This document shows positions 48,909-61,120 of a DNA stretch of 64,000 bases, in pieces (position 1 is the stretch's first letter; the number at the start of each line of letters is the position of its first letter). The position numbers and the translations under genes are program-made. Origin of the DNA: Thermodesulfobacteriota bacterium (lineage in GTDB: Bacteria > Desulfobacterota > Desulfobacteria > Desulfobacterales > SURF-7); assembly GCA_049320885.1 (NCBI GenBank), contig JBMORA010000001.1:32001-96000 (forward strand), in the 5' to 3' direction. The notes under the pieces were generated by a model. The model made no database searches, was not told the origin of the DNA, and saw only the letters and a list, made by a program, of their open reading frames with translations.

Positions 48909-50822
48909 CTACGGCTCCTTGAGGTTCTCCATCAGTATCCGCCGGACTTCCTCTATGGTTTGCGGCTCGTCCTGGGCGGAATGACCGGAATGAACCACGA
49001 GTTCCGAAGTCGCGCCCTCAATATGGGCGCTCCGGTAGGTCACCACGCCGTCATCCCACTCTTCCCTCGTTTCCCCGGGATTGTCCACGGCGATGATGGA
49101 ATGGGTTCCGACTCCCGGCGCGATGGGCAGGGTTGAAAACGTCCGGATAAATTCGCTGTCCGGGGCCATATTGTCCGTGCTGCGGGGAACCCCCTCCTCC
49201 AGAGATCGCCGGGCGATGGCCTCGGGGCTGTGCCGGAAAATTTCCTCCAGCGGATCAAGCAGTTCAAACGGCAGCGAAATCATTTTCTGGAACAGATACC
49301 GGACCTGCCCGCCCACCAGAAAACTGCCCCGGTGAGGGGTCGCGATGAAGACGACCCGCCTCACAAACGGAAGGGGCCGATAGAAAAGGCTGCGCTGCAG
49401 CAGCGCCCGTGTCCGGGGCGAAACCGAAAGACGATCCATGGGAACCGCGAACGTGTTATCCCAGAAGCGTTCGCCACTGTCGGTGACGGTGAGTCTTGCC
49501 AGCAGCCCCCCCTGGCTGTGGCCGATGACGACCATTTTTTTCAGCGCTTCGTCCCGGCCTTCCGGATCCAATTCCCGGACCACGTTTCGCAGGCCCTGAA
49601 CGAGGATGCCACCGGAATACAGGATCGGATTCCCGGTATTATAGGTGAAGAGCCAGACCTGATAGCGGCGGCCCAATTCCCGGTCATTCAGGATTTCGTT
49701 CAGCATCTGGGCCCAGCGCGCCGGGCTGGATGCCGTTCCGTGAACGAAAACCACGGGAATCCGGCCGCGGCGGTACGGTGCCAGGAGAAACACATTGTCC
49801 CTGAAGCGGGCCGTTTTTTTGATGAGCTGCAAATCCCCGGAAAGCAATCCTTTCAGCTCCAGGTCATATACCTGGGACCCTTCCAGGGTATATGCCAGGG
49901 CGGCGGTGGTTCTGTATTCCAGAGGGGCGTCACGACCGTTGACCTGGATCGACATTTCCTCCTGACCCGTATACAGCGTCAGCCGGCCCTCCAGTCGTCC
50001 GCTCCGGAGTCCTTCCGTGACGTCATCCAGCTGAAGAAAAGCGGTGGCAGCCACTTTCAGGATCGACGGCACTCGGGCGAAATCCCGATGCTGTTGCCCC
50101 GGCCGGGGTTTCAGGGTGGCGACCAGCGCCGTCCCGATTCCGGGCCAGCGGTAATCATTCCGCAGGCCGCGGACCTCGAGTTCCGCGGCATCGATGAAAT
50201 TTTCCAGGCGGAAAGGGCCCCAGAAACATGTTTCCGGTTCCATGCGCACCACCAGTTCGCCGAACGGCAGCCGGTATGTCCCCCCCTTCAGCATCACCCC
50301 GCGGCCGGATTCCGTCGCCGCAAATCCCCGGGCGATCCCCTGGTTATACAAATCCACGGCGGTTCGCAGCCGGGGGTCCAGTTCTCCAGGGGAATCATCG
50401 GGGTTCCGCGGGAAAATGAAGGCATAGGCATATACCACTGCGGCCAGAAAATACGAACGGTCGTCGTTCCTGGCGGCATGGAGAAAACAAAGCTCCGCCA
50501 AGGCGAAGAGGCGGTCCGCCTCCCTCGCGGTGGGCATCCCCCGATGCAGGGATGCAATCACTTCCTCCGGATCGTCCAGAAATCGTTCCGCCAGGCCGGA
50601 TCGATTGAGAATCTGCATGGTGGGCGCGCTCAGGTCGTCGCCGGACAGAACGCTCCGGGTGAGACCCTGCCGGGCATCCCGGGGGTCCATGAAGCGGACC
50701 CCCACCGGCGTGGCGCAGCCATGCAGGCATGCCAGCACCGCGACGAAAAGCCCGAAGGCTGCCATCGCCGCCCGGCCGGCCCCCATCCGCGATTGTGTAT
50801 ATTGGAATTCCATGCGCAACAT
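48909..50822 (-). CDS. Alpha/beta hydrolase lipoprotein (esterase/lipase family); start uncertain
   Basis: Lipobox LHGC, VFVHGTASS, GHSQGG, ATPHRGS, DGVV, GHSAQ. Confidence 0.85.
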   Translation of the reverse strand: MLRMEFQYTQSRMGAGRAAMAAFGLFVAVLACLHGCATPVGVRFMDPRDARQGLTRSVLSGDDLSAPTMQILNRSGLAERFLDDPEEVIASLHRGMPTAREADRLFALAELCFLHAARNDDRSYFLAAVVYAYAFIFPRNPDDSPGELDPRLRTAVDLYNQGIARGFAATESGRGVMLKGGTYRLPFGELVVRMEPETCFWGPFRLENFIDAAELEVRGLRNDYRWPGIGTALVATLKPRPGQQHRDFARVPSILKVAATAFLQLDDVTEGLRSGRLEGRLTLYTGQEEMSIQVNGRDAPLEYRTTAALAYTLEGSQVYDLELKGLLSGDLQLIKKTARFRDNVFLLAPYRRGRIPVVFVHGTASSPARWAQMLNEILNDRELGRRYQVWLFTYNTGNPILYSGGILVQGLRNVVRELDPEGRDEALKKMVVIGHSQGGLLARLTVTDSGERFWDNTFAVPMDRLSVSPRTRALLQRSLFYRPLPFVRRVVFIATPHRGSFLVGGQVRYLFQKMISLPFELLDPLEEIFRHSPEAIARRSLEEGVPRSTDNMAPDSEFIRTFSTLPIAPGVGTHSIIAVDNPGETREEWDDGVVTYRSAHIEGATSELVVHSGHSAQDEPQTIEEVRRILMENLKEP

Positions 50823-51039
50823 GCCGATGCGTTATCACACTTTTCGTCTGCTGTCCAAGTCCGGTGACGCGCGCGGGGATGACGGCAACGGTTCCGGAAG
50901 GCGCCTGGGAGGCAATCAGGCGCGGATAAAAAACCGCCGACCCGCTTTCCGTGTTTTTTAGGTTTGACAAAGCGGCCCACTTGTTTTAATCCACCTGATA
51001 TTCTGAAATCCATGGCACTTAACGATTATGGAGGCCCGC

Positions 51040-51831
51040 ATGACATATGAAAACATCCTGTTCACCGTCGAAAAGGCGGTGGCGTTTATCACCTTCAACC
51101 GTCCGAAATCCCTCAATGCGCTCAATTCCGTATTGCTGACGGAGTTCCACCAGGCCCTGGATGAAATCGATGCCGATGAAAATATCCGGGTGCTGGTTCT
51201 CACCGGCGCCGGTGAAAAAGCCTTTGTCGCAGGCGCCGACATCAGCGAACTGGCCACTTTCAATCCATTGCAGGCGAGAAAATTCGCGGAAAACGGTCAC
51301 CGGGCCATCGGCCGGCTGCAAGCGCTTGCCATCCCGGTCATTGCGGCGGTGAACGGATTCGCCCTGGGGGGCGGCAACGAGATCGCCCTGGCCGCTGATT
51401 TCATTTACGCCTCGGAAAACGCCAAATTCGGACTCCCGGAAATCAATCTCGGCATCATTCCCGGTTTCGGCGGCACCCAGCGATTACCGCGGCTGGTGGG
51501 TAAAAACCGGGCCAAGGAAATGATTTTCACCGGCAGGATGATCTCCGCCCGGGAAGCAGCCGAAATCGGCCTGGTGAATCTCGTGACCTCGCCGGACAAG
51601 CTGATGGAAGAAACCATCAAAACCGCCAGCATCATGGCCGCCAAAGGCAAGGCGGCCCTGCGCGCCGCCAAGCACGCCATCAATAAAGGTACGGATGTGG
51701 ACCTTGAAACCGGTTGCCGGATCGAAATCGACGCCTTCGCCCTCTGCATGGCCAGCAGCGACGCCGGAGAGGGCACCAGGGCTTTTCTGGAAAAACGACC
51801 GGCCGAATTCAAGGGCCGTTTGAACGAATAG
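51040..51831 (+). CDS. Enoyl-CoA hydratase (crotonase)
   Basis: NRPKSLNAL, AFVAGADI, NGFALGGGNE, PEINLGIIPGFGGTQRL. Confidence 0.93.
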   Translation: MTYENILFTVEKAVAFITFNRPKSLNALNSVLLTEFHQALDEIDADENIRVLVLTGAGEKAFVAGADISELATFNPLQARKFAENGHRAIGRLQALAIPVIAAVNGFALGGGNEIALAADFIYASENAKFGLPEINLGIIPGFGGTQRLPRLVGKNRAKEMIFTGRMISAREAAEIGLVNLVTSPDKLMEETIKTASIMAAKGKAALRAAKHAINKGTDVDLETGCRIEIDAFALCMASSDAGEGTRAFLEKRPAEFKGRLNE

Positions 51832-51882
51832 AATCAACGATGCCACTGTTGTCGATCACCGCCGGTGGAAGGAGAATGGAAG

Positions 51883-53184
51883 ATGATTTTCAATATCGAA
51901 TATGAAACCATGCCGCGGGAAGCGCTGGAAGCCATCCAGCTGCGGCGGTTTCAAACCACAATCGAAAGGGCCTATGCCACGGTTCCGTTCTATCGGGAAC
52001 GCTTTCAGAAAGCCGGCGTCTCGTCGGCGGATATTAAAACCCTCGACGACCTGAAGAGAATTCCCTTCACCACCAAACAGGATCTGCGGGACAATTATCC
52101 CTTCGGCATGTTCGCCGTGCCCATGAGCAATGTCGTCCGCATTCATGCCTCCTCCGGCACCACCGGTCAGCCCACCGTCGTCGGTTACACCGCCCGGGAC
52201 ATCAACACCTGGGCCGAACTGATGGCGCGTTCGCTTTCAGCCGGCGGCGCGACCCGCGAGGATATCATTCACAACGCCTATGGATACGGCCTGTTCACCG
52301 GGGGGCTGGGGGTGCATTACGGCGCGGAAAAACTGGGGGCGTCCATCATCCCCGTCTCCGGGGGTAACACCAAACGGCAGGTCATCATCATGAAGGATTT
52401 CGGTCCCACCATTCTCACCGCCACTCCCTCCTATGCCCTGCATCTGGCGGAGGTGGCCATTGAAATGGGGGTTTCCTTTCAAAACCTCAAATTCAAATAC
52501 GGCATTTTCGGCGCCGAGCCCTGGTCGGAAACCATGCGCCGGGAAATCGAGAACAAACTGAACCTGAGTGCCGTGGACATTTACGGTTTGAGCGAAGTCA
52601 TCGGGCCGGGGGTTGCCATCGAGTGTCATGAAGCCAAAAAAGGCCTGCATGTTTTTGAGGATCATTTCATTCCGGAAATCATCGACCCGGCCACCGGCGA
52701 TGTGCTGCCCTACGGCGAGACCGGCGAGCTGGTCTTCACCTCCCTGACCAAGGAGGCCTTTCCGGTGATCCGCTACCGCACCCGGGACATTTCCACCCTG
52801 AACCCCGAACCGTGCATCTGCGGCCGGACCCATGTCCGAATGAAACGGGTCAGCGGCCGCACCGACGACATGCTCATCATCCGGGGCGTGAACGTATTCC
52901 CGTCCCAGATCGAAAGCGTGCTCATGAATGTCGACGAAGTGGAGCCTCATTACCAGCTGCTGGTGGACCGCAAGGACAATCTCGATATCCTCACCGTGCG
53001 GGTGGAAGTGGGCGAGCGTCTCTTCTCCGACGAAGTCAAGAAACTGCAGTCCCTGGAAGCCAAAATCGAGAAGGATATCAAGGAATATCTGGGTGTTTCC
53101 GCCAAGGTCAAACTGGTGGAACCCAAAACCATTGCCCGCAGCGAAGGCAAGGCTGTTCGGGTGATCGACAATCGGAAAATATAG
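51883..53184 (+). CDS. paaK: Phenylacetate--CoA ligase
   Basis: [52 protein letters not shown]. Confidence 0.92.
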   Translation: MIFNIEYETMPREALEAIQLRRFQTTIERAYATVPFYRERFQKAGVSSADIKTLDDLKRIPFTTKQDLRDNYPFGMFAVPMSNVVRIHASSGTTGQPTVVGYTARDINTWAELMARSLSAGGATREDIIHNAYGYGLFTGGLGVHYGAEKLGASIIPVSGGNTKRQVIIMKDFGPTILTATPSYALHLAEVAIEMGVSFQNLKFKYGIFGAEPWSETMRREIENKLNLSAVDIYGLSEVIGPGVAIECHEAKKGLHVFEDHFIPEIIDPATGDVLPYGETGELVFTSLTKEAFPVIRYRTRDISTLNPEPCICGRTHVRMKRVSGRTDDMLIIRGVNVFPSQIESVLMNVDEVEPHYQLLVDRKDNLDILTVRVEVGERLFSDEVKKLQSLEAKIEKDIKEYLGVSAKVKLVEPKTIARSEGKAVRVIDNRKI

Positions 53185-53191
53185 GAGCATT

Positions 53192-53629
53192 ATGATGCGT
53201 GTTGAACAAATCTCCGTATTTTTGGAAAACAAATCAGGGCGTATCGCCGAAGTGACCGGCGTGCTCGCCAAGGCCGGCGTCAATATCCGCGCGTTGTCCA
53301 TGGCCGACACATCCGACTTCGGCATCCTGCGTCTGATTGTGGACAATACCCGGAAAGCCGAGGAAACCCTGAAGAGTCAAAATTTCACCGTGGGCAAGAC
53401 CGATGTGGTGGCGGTGGAAGTCGAGGACAAACCCGGCGGTTTGCATCGCATCATGGAAATTTTGAACCGGGCCGACATCAACGTCGAATATATGTATGCC
53501 TTCGTCAATCCAACCGCCGGCAACCATGCGGTCATGATATTTCGCTTCGAAAACCTGGATGCCGCAGTTACCATATTGGAACAAAACGGTATTCGTGTGA
53601 TCGAGGGGCATCGGGTATACACCCTGTAA
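53192..53629 (+). CDS. ACT-domain protein
   Basis: [26 protein letters not shown] and NVEYMYAF motifs; a usual paaK neighbour. Confidence 0.9.
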   Translation: MMRVEQISVFLENKSGRIAEVTGVLAKAGVNIRALSMADTSDFGILRLIVDNTRKAEETLKSQNFTVGKTDVVAVEVEDKPGGLHRIMEILNRADINVEYMYAFVNPTAGNHAVMIFRFENLDAAVTILEQNGIRVIEGHRVYTL

Positions 53630-53759
53630 AAATCGGGCATTGGCTGCACAATCCCCTTGACAGGCGAGGATCAAAATTGTATTTATGCTTGTTTTGCAAT
53701 TGTATCCTGACGGACAGGCTTAATGGAAAACTCATTGGAATAAAAGGAGCACGAAGGCG

Positions 53760-54026
53760 TTGGCGAATCACAAATCGGCTTTAAAGAGAGTCAAGCAGAG
53801 CGAAAATCGGCGGTTGCGCAATAAAACCGTGAAAACCGTCGCGCGGACCTTTGTCAAGAAAGTCCGTTCCACGGTGGCGCAGAAATCAAGCGAAGCGGCG
53901 GTGGATCAATTGAACCAGACGAAATCCATTATCGATAAAGCCGCCAAAAAGGGTGTCATTCACAAAAGAGCGGCGTCCAGAAAAATTTCCCGTCTGGCGA
54001 AACTCGTCAATTCGATCGCGAAATAG
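53760..54026 (+). CDS. rpsT: 30S ribosomal protein S20
   Basis: MANHKSALKR...KGVIHKRAASRKISRL; TTG start; TTGACA-17-TATTTA promoter at 53657-53685. Confidence 0.96.
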   Translation: MANHKSALKRVKQSENRRLRNKTVKTVARTFVKKVRSTVAQKSSEAAVDQLNQTKSIIDKAAKKGVIHKRAASRKISRLAKLVNSIAK

Positions 54027-54104
54027 TCGATCACGCAAGCGCCGACCACCGGACAACCACTCCGTCAAAGGCCTGATACGGGGCCTGCCGGAAACGGCGG
54101 GCTC

Positions 54105-54611
54105 CTAAAAATCCATGGTCAATTGCTGAAATACCTTTTCAGCGAAACGCCTGGCCACCGCTTTCAGCTTTTCGCGTTTATTCACCTCCACATCCCCCGC
54201 CAGCAGGTAGGTTTCCTGAACGGAGATGCCGTTTCCTTCCCAGACGGTTTTACCCGCCGCGTTGGTCAGTTTCGCCTGCCCGTAAACGCTGATCCGCATC
54301 TCGGTGGTCGTCTGCACACTGACGCGGGATGCGGTGGTCACCTGCAGGGATTGGATCGAACCGGAAAGAACCGCTTCGGCCCGTTCCTCCTCCACCAGTT
54401 CGGCGATATGGCTGCGGGTGAATTCATAGATGACGGCATTGGTGAACACCTGTTCGAGTCCCGTTTCCGCCGTCCGGTTGGAAAACATCCGCACGGTGAT
54501 CCGTCTCAGCCCGCCCGGAAGGCTGCCGCCTTCCATAAAACGGTACCCGCAGGCCGTTGGAATAACCACCAGCAGCAGCATCCAGATGACGGCGCCCCGT
54601 TTACTCCGCAT
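54105..54611 (-). CDS. lptE: LPS assembly lipoprotein LptE
   Basis: Lipobox PTACGY, FSNRTAETGLE; directly downstream of leuS. Confidence 0.85.
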   Translation of the reverse strand: MRSKRGAVIWMLLLVVIPTACGYRFMEGGSLPGGLRRITVRMFSNRTAETGLEQVFTNAVIYEFTRSHIAELVEEERAEAVLSGSIQSLQVTTASRVSVQTTTEMRISVYGQAKLTNAAGKTVWEGNGISVQETYLLAGDVEVNKREKLKAVARRFAEKVFQQLTMDF

Positions 54612-54617
54612 ATCCGC

Positions 54618-57212
54618 TCACGCCGCCACGATATTGACCAGTTTGTTTTGCACCACAATCACTTTCCGGATGCTTTTGCCGTCGATGAATTTTTTCACCT
54701 GCCCATCGGCCAAGGCCCGCTCCTTGATGAGCTCCTCACCGGTGCCGGCGGTCACGGCGAACTTGCCCCGCAGCTTGCCGTTCACCTGGACAACGATCAA
54801 AACCTCATCGGCGGTCAGGGCCGCCTCATCGTACGCCGGCCAGGGCACGTCGATGATGCTGGGGGGATTTCCCAGCGCGGACCACATTTCCTCCGCGAAA
54901 TGCGGCACGATCGGTGAGAGCAACAGCACCGCGGATTCCATGGCGAAACGCATGACGGCGGGACCCTCGGGCAGGTTTTCGAAGGCCTCCAGGCCATACA
55001 TGGCGTTGACCAGTTCCATGACCGCGCTGATGGCCGTGTTGAAATGAAAACGCGCATCGATATCGTTTGTGACCCGTTGGATGGTCTGGTGGGTTTTCTG
55101 ATACACCTCCTTCAGCCGGCCTTCCAGGCCATGCCAGGAACCGCTGTATGGTTTCACCCCGCCGATAACCGGCAGACATGTCGCTCCCAGACGCCAGACC
55201 CGGTTCAGGAACCGGTAGCTTCCGTCCACCCCCTGCTCGCTCCATTCCAGATCCCGCTCCGGCGGGGCCGCAAACAGACAAAACAGGCGGGTCGTATCCG
55301 CACCGTATTGGTCCAGCAAGGTGTTCGGATCAATGACGTTTTTTTTCGATTTGGACATCTTTTCCACCCGGCCCACCGTCACCGGGCTTTCGCATTTGGA
55401 GCAGTAAACCCCTTTGTCGCCCGTTTCCGCCTCTTCCGGGAACAGAAAGCCATGTTGCGGACAGGCCATGGTTTCCTTGCAGACCATGCCCTGGGTCAGC
55501 AGGCGGGTAAACGGCTCCTTGAACCCCACCAGGCCGAAACTCTCCAGCACCCTTGTGAAATATCGGGAATACAACAAATGCAGGATGGCGTGTTCCACGC
55601 CGCCTATGTATTGATCCACCGGCATCCAGTATTCCACCGCGGCGCGGTCAAAAATGCCGGTATGGTAATCCGGGCTGCAGTAGCGTTCGAAATACCAGGA
55701 GGATTCCATAAAAGTATCCATGGTATCGGTATCCCGACGAGCCTCCGTGTTGCCGCATTGCGGGCAGGTGGTCCGCATGAAAGCCGGCAGGGCCGGCAGG
55801 GGGGACTTCCCCCCCTCCAGCAGGCCGGCATCCTCCGGCAGCAGGATCGGCAGATCCGACTCCGGGACCGGGACGATGCCGCATTGCTCACAATGGATCA
55901 TGGGAATGGGCGCGCCCCAATAGCGCTGCCGGGAAATGCCCCAGTCGCGCAACCGGAAACTGACGGTCTTGCGGCCCAGACCCTGCTGTTCCAGGTAGCG
56001 GGCGATCTCATCCTGGGCCGTCTTGTTGCCGAGCCCGTTGAATCGATCCGAGTTGACCAGAATCCCTTCCCCGGCATAGGCTTCGGTCATGGTTTCCACC
56101 TTCAGGTCCATATCCCGCGGCTGGATGACGACGATGCAATCGAGTCCGTATTTCCGCGCGAATTCGAAATCCCGCTGATCGTGGGCCGGAACGGACATGA
56201 CCGCTCCGGTGCCGTATTCCATCAAAGCGAAATTCGCGGTATAGATCGGCATCCGCCTGCCGGTCACGGGATTGATGCAACAGGCGCCGGTGAAAACCCC
56301 TTCCTTCTCGTAGCCTTCCAGGGCTCTGCTGGAGCGGTCCTGGCGCGACATTTTCTCCACAAAGGCCTCCACGTCCCCTGCCTGGGGCTTGCCGGCGGAC
56401 AAAACCGGCACCAGGGGATGCTCCGGCGCAAGACACATGAAGGTCGCCCCATACAGGGTATCCGGCCGGGTGGTGAAGACGGCGATGGTTTCCGGCGAAT
56501 CCTCCACGGCGAACCGGATTTCCGCGCCGATGCTCTTGCCGATCCAGTTTTTCTGCATGGTGGTCACCTTCTCCGGCCAGCCGGGGAGCAGGTCGCAATA
56601 CACCAGCAGATCCTCGGCGAAGTCGGTGATTTTCAGGAACCATTGTTCCAGCTTTTTCTGGCGGACCGGTTTTCCGCAGCGCCAGCACATCCCGGCCTCC
56701 ACCTGCTCATTGGCGAGCACTGTCTGGCAGGGATCGCACCAGTTGACGAAGGATTCCTTGCGATAGGCCATCCGTTTTTTATACATCTGGATGAACAGCC
56801 ATTGCTCCCAGCGATAGTATTCCGGCCGGCAGGTGGCGATCTCCCGGTCCCAGTCATAGCTGAAACCCATGCGTTTCAATTGGTTGCGCATGTAGGCAAT
56901 GTTTTCGTAGGTCCATTTGGCCGGATGGGTCTGATGGGCGATGGCCGCATTCTCCGCCGGCATGCCGAAAGCGTCCCAGCCCATGGGATGGAGCACATTC
57001 AATCCCCGCATCCGCTTGTAGCGCGCCACCACATCCCCGATGGTGTAATTGCGGACATGCCCCATATGGATTTTACCCGAGGGGTAGGGAAACATCTCCA
57101 GCAGGTAATATTTTTCCTTCCGATGATCTTCCGTGACCGCGAACAGTTTGGTCTGATCCCAATAGGCCTGCCATTTGGATTCGATCGATTTCGGATCGTA
57201 GCGTTCTTCCAT
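54618..57212 (-). CDS. leuS: Leucine--tRNA ligase
   Basis: [32 protein letters not shown] and KMSKS motifs. Confidence 0.98.
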   Translation of the reverse strand: MEERYDPKSIESKWQAYWDQTKLFAVTEDHRKEKYYLLEMFPYPSGKIHMGHVRNYTIGDVVARYKRMRGLNVLHPMGWDAFGMPAENAAIAHQTHPAKWTYENIAYMRNQLKRMGFSYDWDREIATCRPEYYRWEQWLFIQMYKKRMAYRKESFVNWCDPCQTVLANEQVEAGMCWRCGKPVRQKKLEQWFLKITDFAEDLLVYCDLLPGWPEKVTTMQKNWIGKSIGAEIRFAVEDSPETIAVFTTRPDTLYGATFMCLAPEHPLVPVLSAGKPQAGDVEAFVEKMSRQDRSSRALEGYEKEGVFTGACCINPVTGRRMPIYTANFALMEYGTGAVMSVPAHDQRDFEFARKYGLDCIVVIQPRDMDLKVETMTEAYAGEGILVNSDRFNGLGNKTAQDEIARYLEQQGLGRKTVSFRLRDWGISRQRYWGAPIPMIHCEQCGIVPVPESDLPILLPEDAGLLEGGKSPLPALPAFMRTTCPQCGNTEARRDTDTMDTFMESSWYFERYCSPDYHTGIFDRAAVEYWMPVDQYIGGVEHAILHLLYSRYFTRVLESFGLVGFKEPFTRLLTQGMVCKETMACPQHGFLFPEEAETGDKGVYCSKCESPVTVGRVEKMSKSKKNVIDPNTLLDQYGADTTRLFCLFAAPPERDLEWSEQGVDGSYRFLNRVWRLGATCLPVIGGVKPYSGSWHGLEGRLKEVYQKTHQTIQRVTNDIDARFHFNTAISAVMELVNAMYGLEAFENLPEGPAVMRFAMESAVLLLSPIVPHFAEEMWSALGNPPSIIDVPWPAYDEAALTADEVLIVVQVNGKLRGKFAVTAGTGEELIKERALADGQVKKFIDGKSIRKVIVVQNKLVNIVAA

Positions 57213-57495
57213 TTTCGTTTTATCCTTTTTACACGAGGGTCCGGTTATATGGATACCGTCCGCGACGACGGAAAACTGTCCGGAAAGCCGGCGCCGGAGG
57301 CGATCGGCTGCCTGGATCTTATGCCACCATCACCGTCAAATTGCAAGCCGCGGCATGCAAATTCCCCCGGTGCCGCCGCCCTCCATGAATGGGCTTTCCG
57401 GAATGCTCCGGCTCCAAAAATCATTTGACTTGAATCGGACAATTTCATATGTAGATTTCAACACTTCAAAGGATATTATCCGAACCCCGATAATT

Positions 57496-58956
57496 ATGAC
57501 AAAAAAAATCATCATCAATGCCGTCGACCACGAAGAAAACCGGATTGCCATCATCCAGGACAGCAAGCTGGAAGAATTTCATATCGAAACCGCCTCCAAG
57601 ACCGTAACCAAAAGCAATATTTATAAAGGCGTCATCACCCGCATCGAACCGAGCCTCCAGGCCGTCTTCGTGGATTACGGCGCCGAACGGCATGGCTTCC
57701 TGCAAAAAAACGATATCCACAGCGATTATTTTCAGGACAATGCCACGGGAGACCGCTCCCTGAAAAAAATCGTCCGGCGCGGCCAGGAAATCATGGTGCA
57801 GGTCACCAAGGATTCGATCATGAAAAAAGGCGCCATGCTCACCACCTTCATTTCCCTTCCCGGAAGGCACATGGTGCTGATGCCCGGCAGCAACACCAAC
57901 GGCATTTCGCGCAAAATCGAGGACGAGGAAGAACGCAAGCGCCTGAAGGACATCATTGAGAAGCTGAAACTTCCCGAAGGGTTCAGCCTGATCGTGCGCA
58001 CCGCCGGCGAAGGGTGCACCAAAACGCAGATCGCCAGGGATTTGCAATACCTCATGCGGGTATGGGAAAGCATCATCAAAAAAGGCATGCAGGAAAAGGC
58101 GCCGGTGCTGTTGTACAAGGAAAGAAACCTGGCCCTGCGGTCCATCCGCGATTATTTCACCCCCGACACCAAGGAAATTCTCATCGACGACCCGGCGGTT
58201 TACAAGGAAGTCAAGAATTTCGTCAACATCATTTCGCCCAAACACTCCCAGATCGTGAAACAATTCACGGAGCCCAAACCGATTTTCACCAAATACCAGC
58301 TGGAAGAGCAGATCGCCTCGATTTTCGAAAGCCGGGTGAACCTCAAATCCGGCGGTTCCATCGTTCTGGATCAAACCGAAGCCCTGGTGGCCATTGATGT
58401 CAATTCCGGCAAGGCCACCTCCGGCGAAAACATCGAGCAGACCGCCTTCAACACCAACCTGGAAGCGGCCGAGGAAATCGCCCGCCAGTTGCGGCTCCGC
58501 GACCTGGGGGGCCTGATCGTCATTGATTTCATCGACATGCGGGACGCCAAGCACAAGGCCAAAATCCTGAACGCGATGAAAACCTTTCTGAAGGAAGACA
58601 AGGCCCGCACCAAAATCGGTCAGATTTCCCGCTTCGGCCTGATGGAAATGTCGCGGCAACGGATCCGGGCGTCCATCGAGAGCGGCAGTTTCAACACCTG
58701 CGAGCATTGTCAGGGTAAAGGTCTGATTCCTTCCACGGAATCCCTGGGATTGGGCTTCCTGCGCAAACTCCGCCTGGAGACCCTGAAAACCGACATCACC
58801 CAGGTCAGAGGGCTGGTCCCCCCCCCGGTGGCCACCTATATTCTGAATAAAAAACGCAGTGAAATCCTGGAACTCGAAACCCGCCGCGATATCTTGATCA
58901 CCATTGAAGGCGACCCGGCCATGCGGCCAGGTGAAAGCCGGATTATCTGCAACTGA
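57496..58956 (+). CDS. Ribonuclease E/G family (catalytic domain only)
   Basis: S1 domain (NIYKG, AVFVDYGAERHGFL), AIDVNSG, LRDLGGLIVIDFIDM, CEHC zinc link. Confidence 0.93.
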   Translation: MTKKIIINAVDHEENRIAIIQDSKLEEFHIETASKTVTKSNIYKGVITRIEPSLQAVFVDYGAERHGFLQKNDIHSDYFQDNATGDRSLKKIVRRGQEIMVQVTKDSIMKKGAMLTTFISLPGRHMVLMPGSNTNGISRKIEDEEERKRLKDIIEKLKLPEGFSLIVRTAGEGCTKTQIARDLQYLMRVWESIIKKGMQEKAPVLLYKERNLALRSIRDYFTPDTKEILIDDPAVYKEVKNFVNIISPKHSQIVKQFTEPKPIFTKYQLEEQIASIFESRVNLKSGGSIVLDQTEALVAIDVNSGKATSGENIEQTAFNTNLEAAEEIARQLRLRDLGGLIVIDFIDMRDAKHKAKILNAMKTFLKEDKARTKIGQISRFGLMEMSRQRIRASIESGSFNTCEHCQGKGLIPSTESLGLGFLRKLRLETLKTDITQVRGLVPPPVATYILNKKRSEILELETRRDILITIEGDPAMRPGESRIICN

Positions 58957-59087
58957 GCGTCCGGCGGCTTTTTTCGCCCCGCGTCATTTTTCGCTCCGTG
59001 TATTGATGCTTCCGTATTGACACGTCAATTTGATTCCTGTATCAGTGGGATCGTCTAAAAATCTTCATTACTAAGGAGGAAGTTATC

Positions 59088-59438
59088 TTGATGGATATCG
59101 CATACGCCATGGGCCAGGGCGGCGCCCCCGCGGGGCAGGGGGGCGGATTTACCGCATTCGTCCCGCTGATTCTCATGTTCGCCATTTTTTATTTTCTGCT
59201 CATCCGTCCCCAGCAGAAAAAAGCCAAGGAGCATCGCGAAATGCTCAACCAGCTGAAAAAAGGCGACCGGGTGATCACCAGCGGCGGCATTCACGGCACC
59301 ATCACCTCGGTGGACGATACCGCCGTGACCCTGGAGATCGCCGAAAAGGTCCGGATCAAGGTCGTGCGCGGCAATATCGCGGCCCTCAACCAGCCGACGC
59401 CGGCGGCGCCGGATAAAAAAGCCAAACCGCAATCCTGA
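59088..59438 (+). CDS. yajC: Preprotein translocase subunit YajC
   Basis: FYFLLIRPQQK, LKKGDRVITSGGIHG. Confidence 0.95.
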   Translation: MMDIAYAMGQGGAPAGQGGGFTAFVPLILMFAIFYFLLIRPQQKKAKEHREMLNQLKKGDRVITSGGIHGTITSVDDTAVTLEIAEKVRIKVVRGNIAALNQPTPAAPDKKAKPQS

Positions 59439-59508
59439 TACACCGCCGCCGCCGCGGCCGGCGCATGCGCCGCAGGTTATCATAACTACGGAGAAAGGAT
59501 ATCGAGCT

Positions 59509-61104
59509 GTGAAGAATCTCTCATGGCGAGCAATAGTGAATTTGGTCGTGGTTCTCGTCGCCCTGGTGTATCTGTTTCCCACCTTAGAAATGAGACTCAA
59601 CCGCAAGGACAAACCGGAGCTGTGGCCCCATAAGCAGATCAATCTGGGACTCGATCTGCAGGGCGGCATGCATCTGGCGCTGGAGGTGGATGCGCCCAAG
59701 GCCGTGGAAGGCCACATGGAACGCCTGATCCAGGAACTGCGCTTGCTGCTGCGCAAGGAGAACATCCGCAACCGGGGCATCGCCGCTCTTCCCGGCGCCA
59801 AGGCATCGGTCAACATCAGCGGCGAGGATCTCGACCGCTTCAACACCTTTCTGGACCGGGAATTTCCGGACCTTCACGTGGAAACCGAGGAAACGGAAGG
59901 CCTGACCCGCTTCATCCTGTCCCTGCCCGAGGCCGAGGCCAAATATCTGGAACAGATGGCCGTGGATCAGGCCCTCGAGACCATCCGGAACCGGATCGAC
60001 GCCTTCGGTGTCAGCGAGCCGGACATCAGACGCCAGGGTGATAACCGCCTGCTGATCCAGCTGCCGGGCATCAAGGATCCCAGCCGGGCCAAAGCCCTGA
60101 TCGGTAAAACCGCTCTGCTGGAATTCCGTCTCGTGGATGAAGACCATGATGTCAATGCAGCCCTGAAGGGCGACATTCCCGCGGGCAGTGAACTCATGTA
60201 CCAGACGGTTCATGATCCGGAAACCAACCGCATGCGGAAGACCCCCTTCCTGATCAAAAAGCGCACCGCCCTCACCGGCGCGGACCTGACCGACGCCCGG
60301 GTGCAGATCAACCAGCAGTACAATGAACCGTATGTGTCCATCCGTTTCAATAAAAAAGGCGCGCGGCAGTTCGGCCGCATCACCGGCGAGAACATCAACA
60401 AACGCCTGGCCATCGTGCTGGACAACAATGTATATTCGGCGCCGGTGATCAAATCCGAAATCACCGGCGGCGACGCCATGATCGAGGGGAGTTTCACCGA
60501 GGAAGAGGCCCGGGATCTGGCCATCGTCCTGCGGGCCGGGGCCCTGCCCGCACCGGTCAAGGTCCTGGAGGAAAGGACCGTGGGGCCGTCCCTGGGCCAG
60601 GACTCCATCCAGAGAGGACTGATATCCGGACTCATCGGCGGCCTGCTGGTGGTGATCTTCATGGCCGTGTACTATAAAGGAGCGGGACTCATCGCCGATG
60701 CGGCCCTGATCATCAACATCATCCTCATCGCCGGCGGCCTCTCCGCTTTTCAGGCCACCCTGACCCTGCCTGGCATCGCCGGCATCATCCTCACCATCGG
60801 CATGGCTGTTGACGCCAATGTGTTGATCTTCGAGCGCATCCGGGAAGAGCTGAAACTCGGCAAGACGCCCCGGGCCGCGGTGGCGGCCGGTTTCGAACGG
60901 GCGACCATCACCATTCTGGATTCCAATATCACCACCCTCATCGCCGCCCTGGTCCTGTTCCAGTTCGGCACCGGCCCGGTGAAAGGCTTCGCTGTCACCC
61001 TGAGTCTGGGCGTGGTGTCCAGCGTGTTCACCGCGCTGGTTTTCAGCCGGCTCGTTTTCGATTATTTCCTGATCAACCGCGGCGCCAAAACCATCAGCAT
61101 CTAA
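59509..61104 (+). CDS. secD: Protein translocase subunit SecD
   Basis: LGLDLQGG, LRAGALPAP, VGPSLG, GMAVDANVLIFERIREE. Confidence 0.97.
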   Translation: MKNLSWRAIVNLVVVLVALVYLFPTLEMRLNRKDKPELWPHKQINLGLDLQGGMHLALEVDAPKAVEGHMERLIQELRLLLRKENIRNRGIAALPGAKASVNISGEDLDRFNTFLDREFPDLHVETEETEGLTRFILSLPEAEAKYLEQMAVDQALETIRNRIDAFGVSEPDIRRQGDNRLLIQLPGIKDPSRAKALIGKTALLEFRLVDEDHDVNAALKGDIPAGSELMYQTVHDPETNRMRKTPFLIKKRTALTGADLTDARVQINQQYNEPYVSIRFNKKGARQFGRITGENINKRLAIVLDNNVYSAPVIKSEITGGDAMIEGSFTEEEARDLAIVLRAGALPAPVKVLEERTVGPSLGQDSIQRGLISGLIGGLLVVIFMAVYYKGAGLIADAALIINIILIAGGLSAFQATLTLPGIAGIILTIGMAVDANVLIFERIREELKLGKTPRAAVAAGFERATITILDSNITTLIAALVLFQFGTGPVKGFAVTLSLGVVSSVFTALVFSRLVFDYFLINRGAKTISI

Positions 61105-61120
61105 GGAGGGGTATTCTGTA

